A DNA stretch of 64,000 bases from the human T2T-CHM13v2.0 reference genome, Homo sapiens: NCBI RefSeq assembly GCF_009914755.1, contig NC_060934.1; one strand, written 5' to 3'. This document shows, piece after piece, positions 1-13,354 of this stretch. Both the position numbers and the translations under genes were made by a program. Position 1 is the first letter of the stretch. Each line of letters starts with the position of its first letter. The notes below the pieces were generated by a model, which was given only the letters and a program-made list of their open reading frames with translations, did no database searches and was not told where the DNA came from.

Positions 1-560
1 TTTTCATATTTCTCACTGAGGAATGATCAGGCATTTATCTAGTAAATGCTTAGAAGGTGCTTCTCACCTTGACCTGGACTCTGATTTCCCCATGGTTGTG
101 CTTTCGTTGATGGTGTAAATCTGCACCTGCACCAGCACCAGCAATTCCGAGACTCCTGTAAGAAATCAGGGAGGATCCCTGGTTCTTGGCATAGGAGCAG
201 GTGTGTGGTCAGGGGGATGACAGACCCCACAGAGTGTGGTCCACTGAGCAGCTCTTGGGGAGGATGAAGATGGGAACAAACAAACAAAAGCAGGTGTGAG
301 AGCTCTGAGCAAGGGAGCAGGTCATTCACACTTCCTGGGCCCCTGGGTTGGTTTCTTTCCTGCAATAAGGAGTGTGATATTTCTTCTCGGGGGATCCTGA
401 GTTTGAAAATGTCTTGTGAATGGTAATGTCTGGGACAAATATCCTGTCCTGGAGCAGGAGGAGGTAAGAGGGGGACAGACTGCGACCATCATCAACCATC
501 TGCTGCTGGTGGACCCTCAGGAGCAGAGGATGCAGGGGTGTGGGGGCCTGGCTGGGGAGC

Positions 561-762
561 CTGGGCCTTGCAGTGGGTCCTGTGGGGTCCCCAAGTCCCC
601 TTGGCTCTCCCTGGGCCTTGCAGGGGGTCCTGTGGGGTTCCCGAGGCCCCTCAACTCTCCCTGGGTCTTGCAGGGGGTTCTGTGGGTTCCCCGAGGCCCC
701 TCAACTCTCCCTGGGCCTTGCAGGGGGTCCTGTGGGGTCCCTGAGGCCCCTTGACTCTCCCT
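561..762. repeat. 50-bp tandem repeat, 4 copies
   Basis: Unit CTGGGCCTTGCAGGGGGTCCTGTGGGGTTCCCGAGGCCCCTCAACTCTCC starts at 561, 611, 661 and 711 with a few substitutions. Confidence 0.95.
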
Positions 763-970
763 AAGGTTTCTTGGGCATCTATTGGTAGTACTTTACCCCA
801 AAACCCCCATCACAGGCTGGGACGCTCTCCCCAGCAGAAGAAACAGGGGATTGGGTTCAGGCCCCCTTAATCTCCCCACCTACAGCCAAGCCCTGAGCTT
901 CTCAGAGGTCATACCCACATTTCAGATGGTGACAAGATAATTACTGTGATGAGGTCACTCCCAGCCACAT

Positions 971-1348
971 GGAGGAAGAGGAGGAAGAGGAGGAGGAGGA
1001 GAAGGAGGAGAAGGAGGAGGAGGAGGATGAGGAGGAGGAGGAGGGAGGAGGAAGAAAGAAGAGGAGAGAGGAGGAGGAAAGGAGGAGGAGGGAGGAGGAG
1101 GAGGAGAAGGAAGATGAGGAGGAGGAGGAGGAAGAGAAGGAGGAGGATGAGGAGGAGGAGGGAGGAGGAAGAAAGAGGAGAGAGGAGGAGGAAAGAGGAG
1201 GAGGGAGGAGGAGGAGGGAGGAGGAAGAAAGGAGAGAGGAGGAAGAAAGAGGAGGAGGAGGGAGGAGGAGGGAGGTGGAGGGAGGAGGAGGAGGAGAAGG
1301 AAGATGAGGAGGAGGAGGAGGAGGAAGAGAAGGAGGAGGAGGAGGAGG
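971..1348. repeat. Homopurine (GGA/GAG/GAA) low-complexity tract
   Basis: About 380 bp of almost only G and A on the + strand; source of the poly-E/R/S/P ORFs. Confidence 0.97.
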
Positions 1349-2594
1349 CAAGTTTGCTCTCAGAGTTCAGGCTGGGAATCATTATGAACATGTTGTGTTA
1401 GCCGACCTCCCAGGTGAAATCTAAGTGAATGGTTAACCTCACTTCCTCATTTTTGGGCTTGTGCATTTGAGGGAGCACAGCCCGAGTGGAAGCTCCCAGA
1501 CACAGGCTGAGCTTGTTCTATCAGCCTGATATCAATCGGCCCCTCAGCATTGCAAAGGCCGGTGGTGCCGGGAGCTGGCAGCCCTGGCATCGTGTATTCC
1601 AGGCTAGAGATTTAATTCTGAGGCCTGCCCTTACTGTCTGTGACCTTGGCTTCCAGTGAACCCTCTGTTCCTTCTTGTAGATGGAGAGAAGGCCCAGTGA
1701 GGCGTGCAGGACTGGAGTTCAGTGCCGTGCTGGGTCGCTGCATTGCCGGAGCTTCATGCTACCTGTCTCTTCCCCAGCCTGAGCTCTTTCTTTAAATAAA
1801 GCAAAATAGTTGAATCCCAAATGAGGCAAAAAAAAAAGCTGGACTGCAATAATAGACAAAAGGTCCTTCCAAGACACCATTAACTGATGCTGCTACCAAA
1901 ACCTAAGGGAAGAGGACCTGTTCAGTTGTTTCTCACTGTTGCTGACGTCGCTAGAAAACCTGGCAGCCTCTTGGTCTTGGTCTGCCCTGCAAGAGTGTGG
2001 GGTGCTGGTTCTGCCATGTGCAAGCTACGCTTGGCAACTTACAAAACCAGCCCAAGCTTAAGCCTCTTCATTTGTCTTTAGTGACTGTGACAAGGAGATG
2101 AAACCACACACATACACACACCCCTGTGCACACCTGTGCACACACAGACACACATTTGTGAACAACACAGGCACACACAGAGCACAGGGCCTGCTGCAGA
2201 GTGGAGCAAACAGAAGCTCCTGTTATTTTTACTGGTGTCGGGCATCTCCCTTCTGGGCATCTTTGGAGGAAGGAGTTCTTCCTCCTCCTCCTCTTGCTCT
2301 GCTCTAAATCCTGGGGCTGACCCTGCAGGCTGTGCTTCCTAGGCTATTGGGTCCTGGACAGGGATCAGCGCATGAGAGCAGTGCTGTAGGGCTGGCTGGT
2401 CCGCAGGAGGCAGGCAGGCCCCCTCCACCTCTGCTTCAGGTTGTCTCTGGCTGTGGCCCCATCTGCTCTGTGGCCCCAGCTTCCCTGGTGGGTCCCTGGT
2501 CCTCAGCCTCAGGGGCGCCACTTCTTGCCTTTGGAGCTGTCTTGTTAGATGTTATGTTAGTCACTAAGGTAAGGAAGGCCAAGTGGATGTCCCC

Positions 2595-3392
<798 letters not shown>

Positions 3393-3442
3393 TTCCCCTT
3401 CTAGTCACCACAGTAAATCAGAAGCAAGAATGCACTTGGAGT

Positions 3443-4944
3443 GCAACAGGAGAGAGCTCAACAGGAGAGATCACTAAGGGAGAGATCACAACGGGAGAGA
3501 TCACAACAGGAGAGATCACTACAGGAGAGATCACAACGGGAGAGATCACAACAGGAGAGATCACAATGGGAGAGATCCCAAAGGAGAGATCACTACAGGA
3601 GAGATCACTATGGGAGAGATCACTACAGGAGAGATCACTATGGGAGAGATCACTATGGGAGAGATCACAACGGGAGGGATCACAATGGGAGGGATCACTA
3701 TGGGAGAGATCACTACAGGAGAGATCACTACAAGAGAGATCACTACGGGAGAGATCAAAACGGGAGAGATCACTACAGAAGAGATCACAACAGGAGAGAT
3801 TACAACGGGAGAGGTCACAACAGAAGGGATCACTGCAGGAGAGATCACTATGGGAGAGATCACTACAGGAGAGATCACAACGGGAGAGATCACAACGGGA
3901 GAGATCACTAAGGGAGAGATCACTACAGGAGAGATCACTACGGGAGAGATCACAATGGGAGAGATCACTATGGGAGAGATCACAATGGGAGAGACACAAA
4001 GGGAGAGATCACTAAGGGAGAGATCACAACAGGAGAGATCACTACGGGAGAGATCACAACAGAAGAGATCACTACGGGAGAGATCACAACAGAGGAGAGA
4101 TCACTAAGGGAGAGATCACAACAGAGGAGAGATCACAACAGGAGAGATCACTAAGGGAGAGATCACAACAGGAGAGATCACAATGGGAGATCCCAAAGGA
4201 GAGATCACTACAGGAGAGATCACAATGGGAGAGATCACTAAGGGAGAGATCACAAAAGGAGAGATCACAACAGGAGAGATCACAACAGGAGAGATCACTA
4301 CGGGAGAGATCACAACAGGAGAGATCACTAAGGGAGAGATCACAACAGAAGAGATCACAACAGGAGAGATCACAACAGAAGAGATCACTATGGGAAAGAT
4401 CACAACGGGAGAGATCACTATGGGAGAGATCACTAAGGGAGAGATCACTGTGGGAGAGATCACAACAGAAGAGATCACTATGGGAGAGATCACAACAGGA
4501 GAGATCACAACAGAGGAGAGATCACAACAGGAGAGATCACAACGGGAGAGATCACAACGGGAGAGATCACTATGGGAGAGATCACTACAGGAGAGATCAC
4601 AACGGGAGAGATCACTACGGGAGAGATCACAATGGGAGAGATCACTACGGGAGAGATCACTACGGGAGAGATCACAACAGAGGGGAGATCACTACAGGAG
4701 AGATCACTGTGGGAGAGATCACAACAGGAGAGATCACTGTGGGAGAGATCACTATGGGAGAGATCACAACAGAGGGGAGATCACTACAGGAGAGATCACT
4801 GTGGGAGAGATCACAACAGGAGAGATCACTGTGGGAGAGATCACTATGGGAGAGATCACAATGGGAGAGATCACAACAGGAGAGATCACAACTGAGGAGA
4901 GATCACAACAGGAGAGATGAGATCACTACAGGGAAGATCACTAC
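3443..4944. repeat. 15-bp minisatellite (VNTR), about 100 copies
   Basis: Unit GGAGAGATCAC followed by a variable 4-mer (AACA, TATG, TACA, AACG, TAAG); occasional longer and shorter units. Confidence 0.98.
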
Positions 4945-6007
4945 TGCCTTGAAAGACTTAAGCAGACGAGGAGGGGGGTTCCCATAGCACCCTCAATGTA
5001 GTCACTGGCCCAGCCCCTCTCAGAACCAGGTGGATGACTGCAGATAACAGTGGCTGCTGCAAATTCAACCAAGTGATCGTTTCAATCATAGTTGCCTAGT
5101 GTGGCCTCTTTACTGAAAGAGTTTCTGGCATTTGTACGCAAGACAAAAATGCACTGCCATCAACCTCAGTTCCATTCAATATGTCAGGGAACCCCAGAAA
5201 GACGGCATCCAGAGAAGCATCTTGCACAGTGGCTATGCTTCCCCCTGGACACTCAGTCATCAGCTCTGTGGCTGGAGGCAAAGACGTTTGGACTCCCAGA
5301 GCCTGGTGAAGGCTCAGCTATGTGGTCTGGGAACAGGAGAGAGAAGGGCTGCGTCCTCCCAGGTTGACGCCTGTTGAGGACTGCGTTTCTTCTCTGGCTC
5401 AAATCTGGTGCACATCATTTTCTGAGGGCCCACACTGTGTGATTTACCCACATGGCCTAGGACCACTTTATGGAGATGGAGATGCAACAAGGGGCCCACA
5501 CCAGTCACCTGCCAGCCTCCCTTTGTCTTGGTGGCACAGAAGCCGTCGGCTGGATGCACCCTGGAATGTCAGGAGGAGAGGAGGGAGGTGGGTGAATGCT
5601 ATTTATTGCATGCTACCCTCGGACCAACGGCTGCAGCAGCCACTGTCCCCTGCCCCCCTCACTCTCCTGCTGTCTTTTACTGGGTTTGGTGATTACCAGA
5701 GGCCACCTCCTTGAAGGGTCAGCAACATGGCAGAGCCAACTGAGGCGGGTGTGGATGGATTTGGGCAGCTACACACCCACCGTGGGCTGCACCACTGCAC
5801 CCTGGTCCGTCCAAGGACCACACACAACTCTGTCTGTGCTTGGACTTTTTGCTCATCAAGCAAAGGCAGCCCTCAACCAAGGAGAGGCAGGCACAGGTGA
5901 GAAAAACCTCCCTGATCCTGGCCAGTCAGTGGGACTGTCCTGAAGCGCTTGCCCAAACCATCTGCTAGAGGGGCCCAGCTCATTAACCCTAACGGGCTTC
6001 CCTGCTG

Positions 6008-6150
6008 CCTGCCTCTCTGCTCCCTTTTCTCAGGTGGGGACAACCTGCCTCTCTGCTCCCTTTTCTCAGGTGGGGACAACCTGCCTCTCTGCTCCCTTTT
6101 CTCAGGTGGGGACAACCTGCCTCTCTGCTCCCTTTTCTCAGGTGGGGACA
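6008..6150. repeat. 36-bp tandem repeat, 4 near-identical copies
   Basis: Unit CCTGCCTCTCTGCTCCCTTTTCTCAGGTGGGGACAA; gives 12-aa periodicity in the ORF track. Confidence 0.96.
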
Positions 6151-6791
6151 GGACAGTGGGTTTTTCCCTGCACGGTCTCACTTTCCCACTCACAATTCAC
6201 ACACATGACTCCACACATTAGAGTCCCCAGCCCCGTGGGGCCCAGCTGGGGGAATTCTGCTGGTCCCACCCCTGGTGATTCCTGTCTGCCGAGGTGGTGT
6301 GGCTGCCGTGGGGGTGCCCGCTGAGAGCCCCCCATGAGAGCAGCTTCTGACAGGACAGAGTTCAGCCGCCCCACCCTTGAGATCTGATGCGTCTTCCATA
6401 GCTGGGCCACTCTGCCACCCACATCCTGACCAGGGCCGCATGTCACGGACGTGGATGGCCGGCCTCTGCCCCCAGCCTGGGGTCCCCTAACGGGCAGTCT
6501 CTCCTCCGGAGCTCCCCATCAGCTGGGCTGTGGGGCCTCCGTCCGTCCTTGGCTTTTCCTGCCATCTCTCTGCTTCCTTTTCTCCATCTACAGGTGTCTG
6601 GCCTGCACCGTGGCCTGAAGCCCTCTAGCCTCTGGCTTCACCTCACCTTTACCCACAACGGGTACGTCCCAACCAATCTCCTGCAAGTCCGATTCCATCT
6701 CAGCGTCTGATTCCTGGAGGACCCCACAGACACTGTGTGTTTCCGAGCCTTCTTAACACCTCATTGAAAGATTTACAAATAAGGGTTGTAG

Positions 6792-7100
6792 GGCCAGTCA
6801 CGGTGGCTCACGCCCATAATCCCAACACTTTGGGAGGCCGAGGCGGGAGCATCACTTGAGGCCAGGAGTCCAAGACCCACTTTGGAAGCATAGTGGGTCC
6901 CCCATCTCTACAAAAAATACCAAAATTAGCCAGGTGTGGTGGTGCATGCCTGTAGTCCCAGCTATGTGGGAGGCTGAGGTGAGAGGATTGCTTGAGCCCA
7001 GGGGTTGAAGGTTACCATGAGCTCTCATTGTGCCACTGCACTCCAGCCTGGGTGACAGAGTGAGACCCTGTCTCAAAAAGAAATAAACGAATAAATCAAT
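6792..7100 (+). mobile_element. AluJ
   Basis: Diverged dimer with J-type GAGGATTGCTTGAGCCCAGG and GAGACCCTGTCTC; A-rich tail. Confidence 0.9.
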
Positions 7101-7234
7101 AAGGTTTGTGCTCAGTGCACAGATCCACCAGACTTTAGTGTGCTGGACCTACTGAGGGTCTCGGGGTGGACCTGAAGGCATCAATCAGAAAGGCCCCCAG
7201 CTGCTCCATGCCAGGCCCATAAGGAAGAAACAGA

Positions 7235-7556
<322 letters not shown>

Positions 7557-7713
7557 AGAGGTCAGGATCTGTTCCGGGTAAGGCTCAGGAAGGAGAGACT
7601 GGCAGCGCATGGGTGAGAGCGTCTCCTCCAGTCGGGTGCCTGCAATGTGAGCATTCGTGAAACAGGGGCTCTGGGAGGAATGTGTGAGGGTGGGCACCGC
7701 GTCAGGGGCTTGG

Positions 7714-8095
7714 TGTCATGGGCTGAGGTGGGTTGGCCAAGACTCATGCGCTGAAATCCTAACTCTCATGCCCCAGGATGTGGCCGGACTTGGAGACAGG
7801 GTCACTACAAAAGCAACTGAGTTGAAATGAAGCCGTTGGAGTGGCCCTAATTTGATCTGACTGGCATCCTATGAGAAGAGGAGGTTAAGGCATAGAGAGG
7901 CACGCAAAGGGACAACTGACTGAGGACATAGGGAGAAGACGTCATCCACTAGCCAGGAAGGGAGGCCTCTGGAGGAACCAGCCCTGTGGACAGCTGGATC
8001 TCGGACGTCCAGCCCCCGAGAAGGGAGAGGATCATGTCTGTGGCTTAAGCCACCCATCTGCGGCATTTGTTATGAAGCCTCGAGCAGACTGAGAC
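7714..8095 (+). mobile_element. MLT1B-like MaLR solo LTR
   Basis: MLT1 motifs GACTGGCATCCT, GGGAGAAGAC..CATC, GAGGCCTC..GAGGAACCAGCCCTG, TTAAGCCACCCA..TTTGTTATG. Confidence 0.75.
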
Positions 8096-9024
8096 CCTAG
8101 AGTTGGGCGTGAAGGCTGAGTGGGTGATTTCCACTTAAATGGCAGGGCTAGATTTGGAATTCCAGCTTCCCAAGGCCCCAGACGGACAGGCAACATCTCT
8201 GTTTCTCCTTCCTTTTCTTCCCAGCATGGAGACCCCAGTGGCATTGTTGTTAAAACCTGCTTTCTGAAAACTGCCTTTGTGGCCGCAGGAAGCTCACTGC
8301 TCCTTTATCTCTCTTATCGAATTCCTGATGCTGTTTCCATGAAAGAAGTCGCGACGGAGCAGCCAGCTGGCCAAGGTCAAATCGTCCCTCCATGCGATTC
8401 CTCCCTTCTTCTGAACAGGCTCTTCCTGCGGCCTGTGTCAGCCGAGGCAGAGAGCGACAGAGCTTTTCACACCAGGAGAGCATGTCCTCTGTCCTCTGTG
8501 CCTGTCTGAGAAAAGAAAAATTTAGATCACTCCATGTGTTTGAGGATTAGTCATTAGAATCATCTGGTGAGATAAGCACCTGAGTTTAATTGTGAGTTAG
8601 AAAAAGAAAGTGATTTAAGCATCATGTAACAAAGGTGGTGTGATATGAACTGCAAATGGGGTTTCAGATACACCTTCCCAGGAGCATGTCTGATACGGGC
8701 GGGGCGGAGTGGGCCAGAGGCTACCGGCTGTGTCTCTAATAGCACAGAACCCAGGAGCTGGCAGGGACGAGTGTGCCCGGACCCAGCCGGGCCATCCTGC
8801 TGGACTGCTGTGGGAAGGACAGGAAGCCAGTGTGGCTGTCACGACCCTTGTCCTTTTTGCCCTGGGCTGGGAGCACCGAATGGACTCACACTCCACAATG
8901 GGATTCCACAATGAGAGGATGGAATTAGATCAGTGGGTTTCAAACACTAGCATTCCAAGGAGTGTCAGGTGCCTGGATAGAGTCTGGGGAGAGCAGGGGC
9001 TGTCAGGAGAACAGGCACAGCCTC

Positions 9025-9384
9025 GCGTCAACAAGCCCCTGTAACAAAGCACCATAGACGGGCGGCGTAAACAGCGGGTGTTGGTTGTCTCAAGGTCCTC
9101 AAGGCTGGGAGTTGGCATCAAGCTGTTCACAGGGCCGGTTTCTCCTGCGGCTTCTCCCTGTGGCTTGCGGATGGTGTCCTCTCCCCCAGCCCTCAGGGCC
9201 ATCCCTCGTTCTATGTCTGTGTCCTAATTTCCTATTCTTAGAAGGACTCCAGGAAGGTTGGATTAGGGCCCACCCTGTCGGCCTCCTTTGACCTTAATTA
9301 CCTCTTTAGGTGCAGTCACATTCTGGGGAACCAAGGGTCCAGGCTGCAACAGATGAATTTGGAAGCAACGATCAGCCCCCTACA
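9025..9384 (-). mobile_element. MLT1B-like MaLR solo LTR
   Basis: Reverse-strand MLT1 motifs GTAACAAAGCACCA, TGGCTTGCGGATGG, TGGATTAGGGCCCACCCT, CAGTCACATTCTG. Confidence 0.75.
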
Positions 9385-11036
9385 GCCCTTCTCCTTCTCT
9401 TGACTTTTACAATGGCTTTCTGTGTTTATCTGCTTTTACACATTGGCGTTTGGGGTAAAATCACATTTGAAAAAGTGGTTTGATTCATCACGAAGGTCTG
9501 GAAAACCCCGAGATGGACGGAGGCTCCACCTCTCTATGGGCTCTCGCTTGGAGCTTCCCCTTGAGGATCCATGGGGGATGGGGGCCGGCATCTCCAGGGC
9601 CCACGCTGAGGCCATGGCTCGACGGAGGTGGCTTCTTAGTGGGGCTGAGGCCCCCAGGGTGCATTGCTCTGAGAAATGCCGGGCATCAGCAAACCCGGTC
9701 CCTCCTGGCTGGCCAGAGCAAAAGGCTTCTCTTTTTCTCCTTTAACCAGAGAAGAAGGTTCCATTCCATGTGGCGCTGTGGCTCTTGGTGGCTGTTACAA
9801 AGCCATTTCCTATCTTCTGAAGTCTAAGTAAGGAAGAGCAGGGGTTTAAGAAGACCTGAGTCTACAGCCAAGCTTGTCCCAGTTTGCTGGGTGGTGGAGG
9901 CCCGTGTGGGCTCTGCTTCTGGCATGTTCTCCCAAGCCACAGTCGGAACAGGACCTGGCCGTGGGAGTTGGGAGCCATGGAGGACATGTTCCACTGGTCT
10001 AGAAGCCGAATCGAGTGCTGTGACATTGTATCCTGACCCACAGCAAAAGGAGTTGGCTCAAAGAAGAATATTGATACCGTCTCCTAAATCTTCCCATTTC
10101 AATAGCTTAAGTTGGGCTGGTTGGGGTTGGATTGGTCAGTTCCTGATGCAGAGCAAATGACAGACCTTTCAAGACTGTTTTCGGATTCTGCCAAGTGACC
10201 GTAAGAGAGGGCAGAGGAAACAGGTGAGAATCCCTTTTACGATTGTAATCAACCCCCCTCCTAAAGGACAGGGCTGCTTTTCCGAGAAATACATTATCCT
10301 CTGGAACATCCAAGGATATTTTCTCAGTAAGAAAGAGAAATGGGGCCGGAGTGAATCCAAAGAAGGTGGGAAAAGCAATACCAAGATTCAGTCCTTACGA
10401 CTTTGGGAATATTGCAAAATTAAACAGAACGTGACTCCCCAGGGCTGTTGGATACATTTGGCCTCTGACTCCGGTCAGTTCTCCACCTGCTTCCTCTCTC
10501 TTTATGGGATGAGGGATAAGGGAAGGGGGTGGGAGGGTGCAGGGCACAGAGGTGGGGGCACAAGCTTTTGGAATGTTATATTATTATATATGAATACAGA
10601 CAGTAACACCAACTGACTCCAGCAGACAGCTACCTCCAGAATTCCTATTAATAAATATCAGAGACCTATTCAGACGTTCCCGTGTTCTGGCCTAGGACCT
10701 TTTGGAGGGTGGACGGCTGATTCCTCGGAACCTACAAACTAAAGAAACAGAAGCTGCCTCAGAACCCAGACTCCAGGCCCTGCAGGGGTAAGGGCTCTAC
10801 TTTTCCTGCTGTGCAGCTTCCTGAAAGCTGTCGGATGCAGGGAGACTCCAAAATCCCCATCGCGCTGGAGTCCAGCGCTGTAGCGGGAAGCTCTCATGGA
10901 CCTACCAAGACACTTCTTTTTAACCTCTGTGAACCCTGACACTCATTTCTCAGTGTCTTCTATTAGAATCTTTTTGCTTCATTAGAGTAAGTCATGTTCC
11001 TGCAACATAATTACAGATTTCTTAAAAGGGCAGGTG

Positions 11037-11410
11037 TGTCTTATATGCAAATCCTAACACATACAGGGAATTGGTTAATCCCTCAGATAATGTTATTATC
11101 ATATATTATTATATATTAATATTATATTAATGTTATTATATATTAATAATTATATTTTTGTATTATCTGAATGATTAATTCCTCATGTGTTAGGATTAGC
11201 ATATAAGACAAATTAACAGTGACTAGTTAATCTAAATAATTATTTAAATTGTTAATTTATCAGTTAATTATATATTACTATTAAGCAATGAATAATTATT
11301 TATTATTTATAAATTGTAAATATTTGTAAATTATTTATTAGTATTAACTATAAATTATTGTTTATTAAATTATTAATCAAAATAATTACATATTTAATGA
11401 TATAAATATT
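11037..11410. repeat. AT-rich low-complexity region beginning with an inverted repeat
   Basis: Almost pure A/T at 11090-11160 and 11230-11410; inverted arms at about 11037-11091 and 11161-11210. Confidence 0.9.
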
Positions 11411-12469
11411 TTCTTCATACTTTGTAAAGGAGTAGCTAATCAAATTTCTCTCACAGACTTTAAAAACAGTTGTGAAGAATAAGGTTAAAAGACACGCGTG
11501 TACGCGGGGCTGTGAAATAGGTCTCTGATATGTATTAATAGGAACGCTAAATAAGGCAGTCTAGGGAGAAATGGGAGCCCATGCATCAGAAGGGAAAGAG
11601 ATGGGCTGGAGAGAGATTTCGGAGGTGGAGACAAATGGCTTTGCACTACTGAAGGCAAGGAAAAAAAGAGGGAATTAGGAACGACTCCCGTGTTTATGGT
11701 TTGAGCTGGCAGGGCCATGGGGATGGATTTTGTCATGATAAGGCCACTTTTCGCAAGAGTGTTGTTCAGTTCTGTTTCTGGGGATTGGAAAGCCAGAGTG
11801 GGGATGTCATGATAAAACTACAATTGCGAGACAAACGCTCTCCTCTTCCCCACCCAGGTGAATATCTAGTTTACATATAACAGGCTTTTTAAAACTTCAT
11901 CTGTGTCGATTCTGAGGAGCTGAGCAAAGGAATTTCTTCTGAAATCCTGGTTGTTCTCACGGCCTTCACTTCTAATGACGACTATGCAGTCCATTTCAGC
12001 AGCTTATAAAGCCGTTGAAAATTCCCCTTGCTTTAATAGGAAAAACCAAGATAAGAGTAAAAAAAACAAGATAAGATTTGATGGATAGTTCAGGCATGAA
12101 GGCAACAGGTATTCATTCCATTTAATCTTTTCTCTCTTGTTCCGTAGAACTTAAAAAGCTAATAATTTACTTCCGCAGTCTCTCCTGCAAGAACACCATC
12201 CCAGCCAAGCAAAACGTATGGCAGGTCAGGATGACTGGCACATAAATCAGAGTCAAACAGAGTTTCACTTCAATTCAGCAAAAACTGTGGATTTCCTTTC
12301 TCTGACTTTTTTCTTTTTTCTTTCTTTTTTTTTTTTTTTTTTGCACTAAACAGTCTACTTCAAAATGATGCTCAAAAAACTGGTACTATCATTATTATAC
12401 TTTGCTTTGTCTATTTTTTGGCATTTTTTCAGGAATGGATCTAAAATTATTTTTGGCCTGAGCCATGCC

Positions 12470-12590
12470 TTGTTAAGATGCAGATCCTGAGCCGGTGGGT
12501 CTGGAGTGAGGCCTGAAGTTTGCATTTGTAAGGAGCTCATGGATGCCGCCCTTGCTGCTGGTCCGCGGGAACATGTTGGGTAGCAATGTC
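12470..12590. mobile_element. MER5A-like hAT-Charlie fragment
   Basis: TTGTTAAGATGCAGATCCTG..GGTCTGGAGTGAGGCCTGA..TTTGCATTT..GCTGCTGGTCC. Confidence 0.6.
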
Positions 12591-12794
12591 CAGGGGCACC
12601 TAGGGGTCCGGGAAGCCCTGCACAGCTGCTCCACTGAGGCAGGGCTGGTTTTGTGCCCCCAGAACCCACATCAAGGGGTAACTGGATGGGGGCTGCCCTG
12701 GCGAGGCTGCTCCTCAATTCTGCACACCACCCAACTGGGCACGGCCAGTAAATTCAATTCAAGTCCATTCAGAGCGCAGCTGAGGCGAGGCCTT

Positions 12795-12862
12795 GTGTGG
12801 TGGAAGGAGAATGGCGTTTGGAGCCAGCAGACCTGGGTTTGGGTCCCAGCTCTACCACTTAG
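12795..12862 (+). mobile_element. MIR fragment
   Basis: TTTGGAGCCAGCAGACCTGGGTTTGGGTCCCAGCTCTACCACTT resembles the MIR tRNA-derived head. Confidence 0.65.
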
Positions 12863-13114
12863 AGGCACCAGCACCGTTTGTTCAACTTTACATTTATTAT
12901 GTGAAATCCACAATATATATCACCTCAACCATATAATTTTCAAAACAGCAAGTGAGATACTATGTTTGCAAAGATTTTGCCAATAATTCTTAGTTGGTTC
13001 TCATGACCTTAAGTTGTGATCAAATCCAAAACTCATACTATATTTTGTATAGTTCTATTTTTGTAACACAGCTATTACATAAATGCAAAATGCTGTTGAA
13101 TGTACGTATATGCG

Positions 13115-13354
13115 TAGACAGAGGATAGATGATAGATAATTAGACGATAGATAATAGATAACATACAGATGATAGATGAAATAGTTATAGGTTAGGTAGA
13201 TGATGGCTAAATTGACAATAGATCGTTTAGATCGATAACATATACAGATAATAGATAGATATGGATAGATAATAGATATAGATAATAAAAGATAGATTTG
13301 GAATGATAATAGATAGATAATAGATAGATGATAGATAAAGATAAATGGATGATA
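13115..13354. repeat. Degenerate (GATA)n microsatellite
   Basis: Repeated GATA/TAGA motifs with interruptions. Confidence 0.9.

Noticed and set aside
909-1401. Poly-Glu/Arg/Ser/Pro ORFs
   Set aside because: Stop-free frames of a homopurine tract, open on both strands; no gene structure
3418-4987. Pentapeptide-repeat-like ORFs (EITTG, SDLSC, ISPVV) and CRISPR-like periodicity
   Set aside because: Translations of a 15-bp VNTR in most frames with frameshifts; variable parts are 4 bp rather than unique spacers, and there are no cas genes
7714-9384. Two MLT1B-like LTRs as ends of one provirus
   Set aside because: Opposite orientation, short unrelated spacer, no shared TSD
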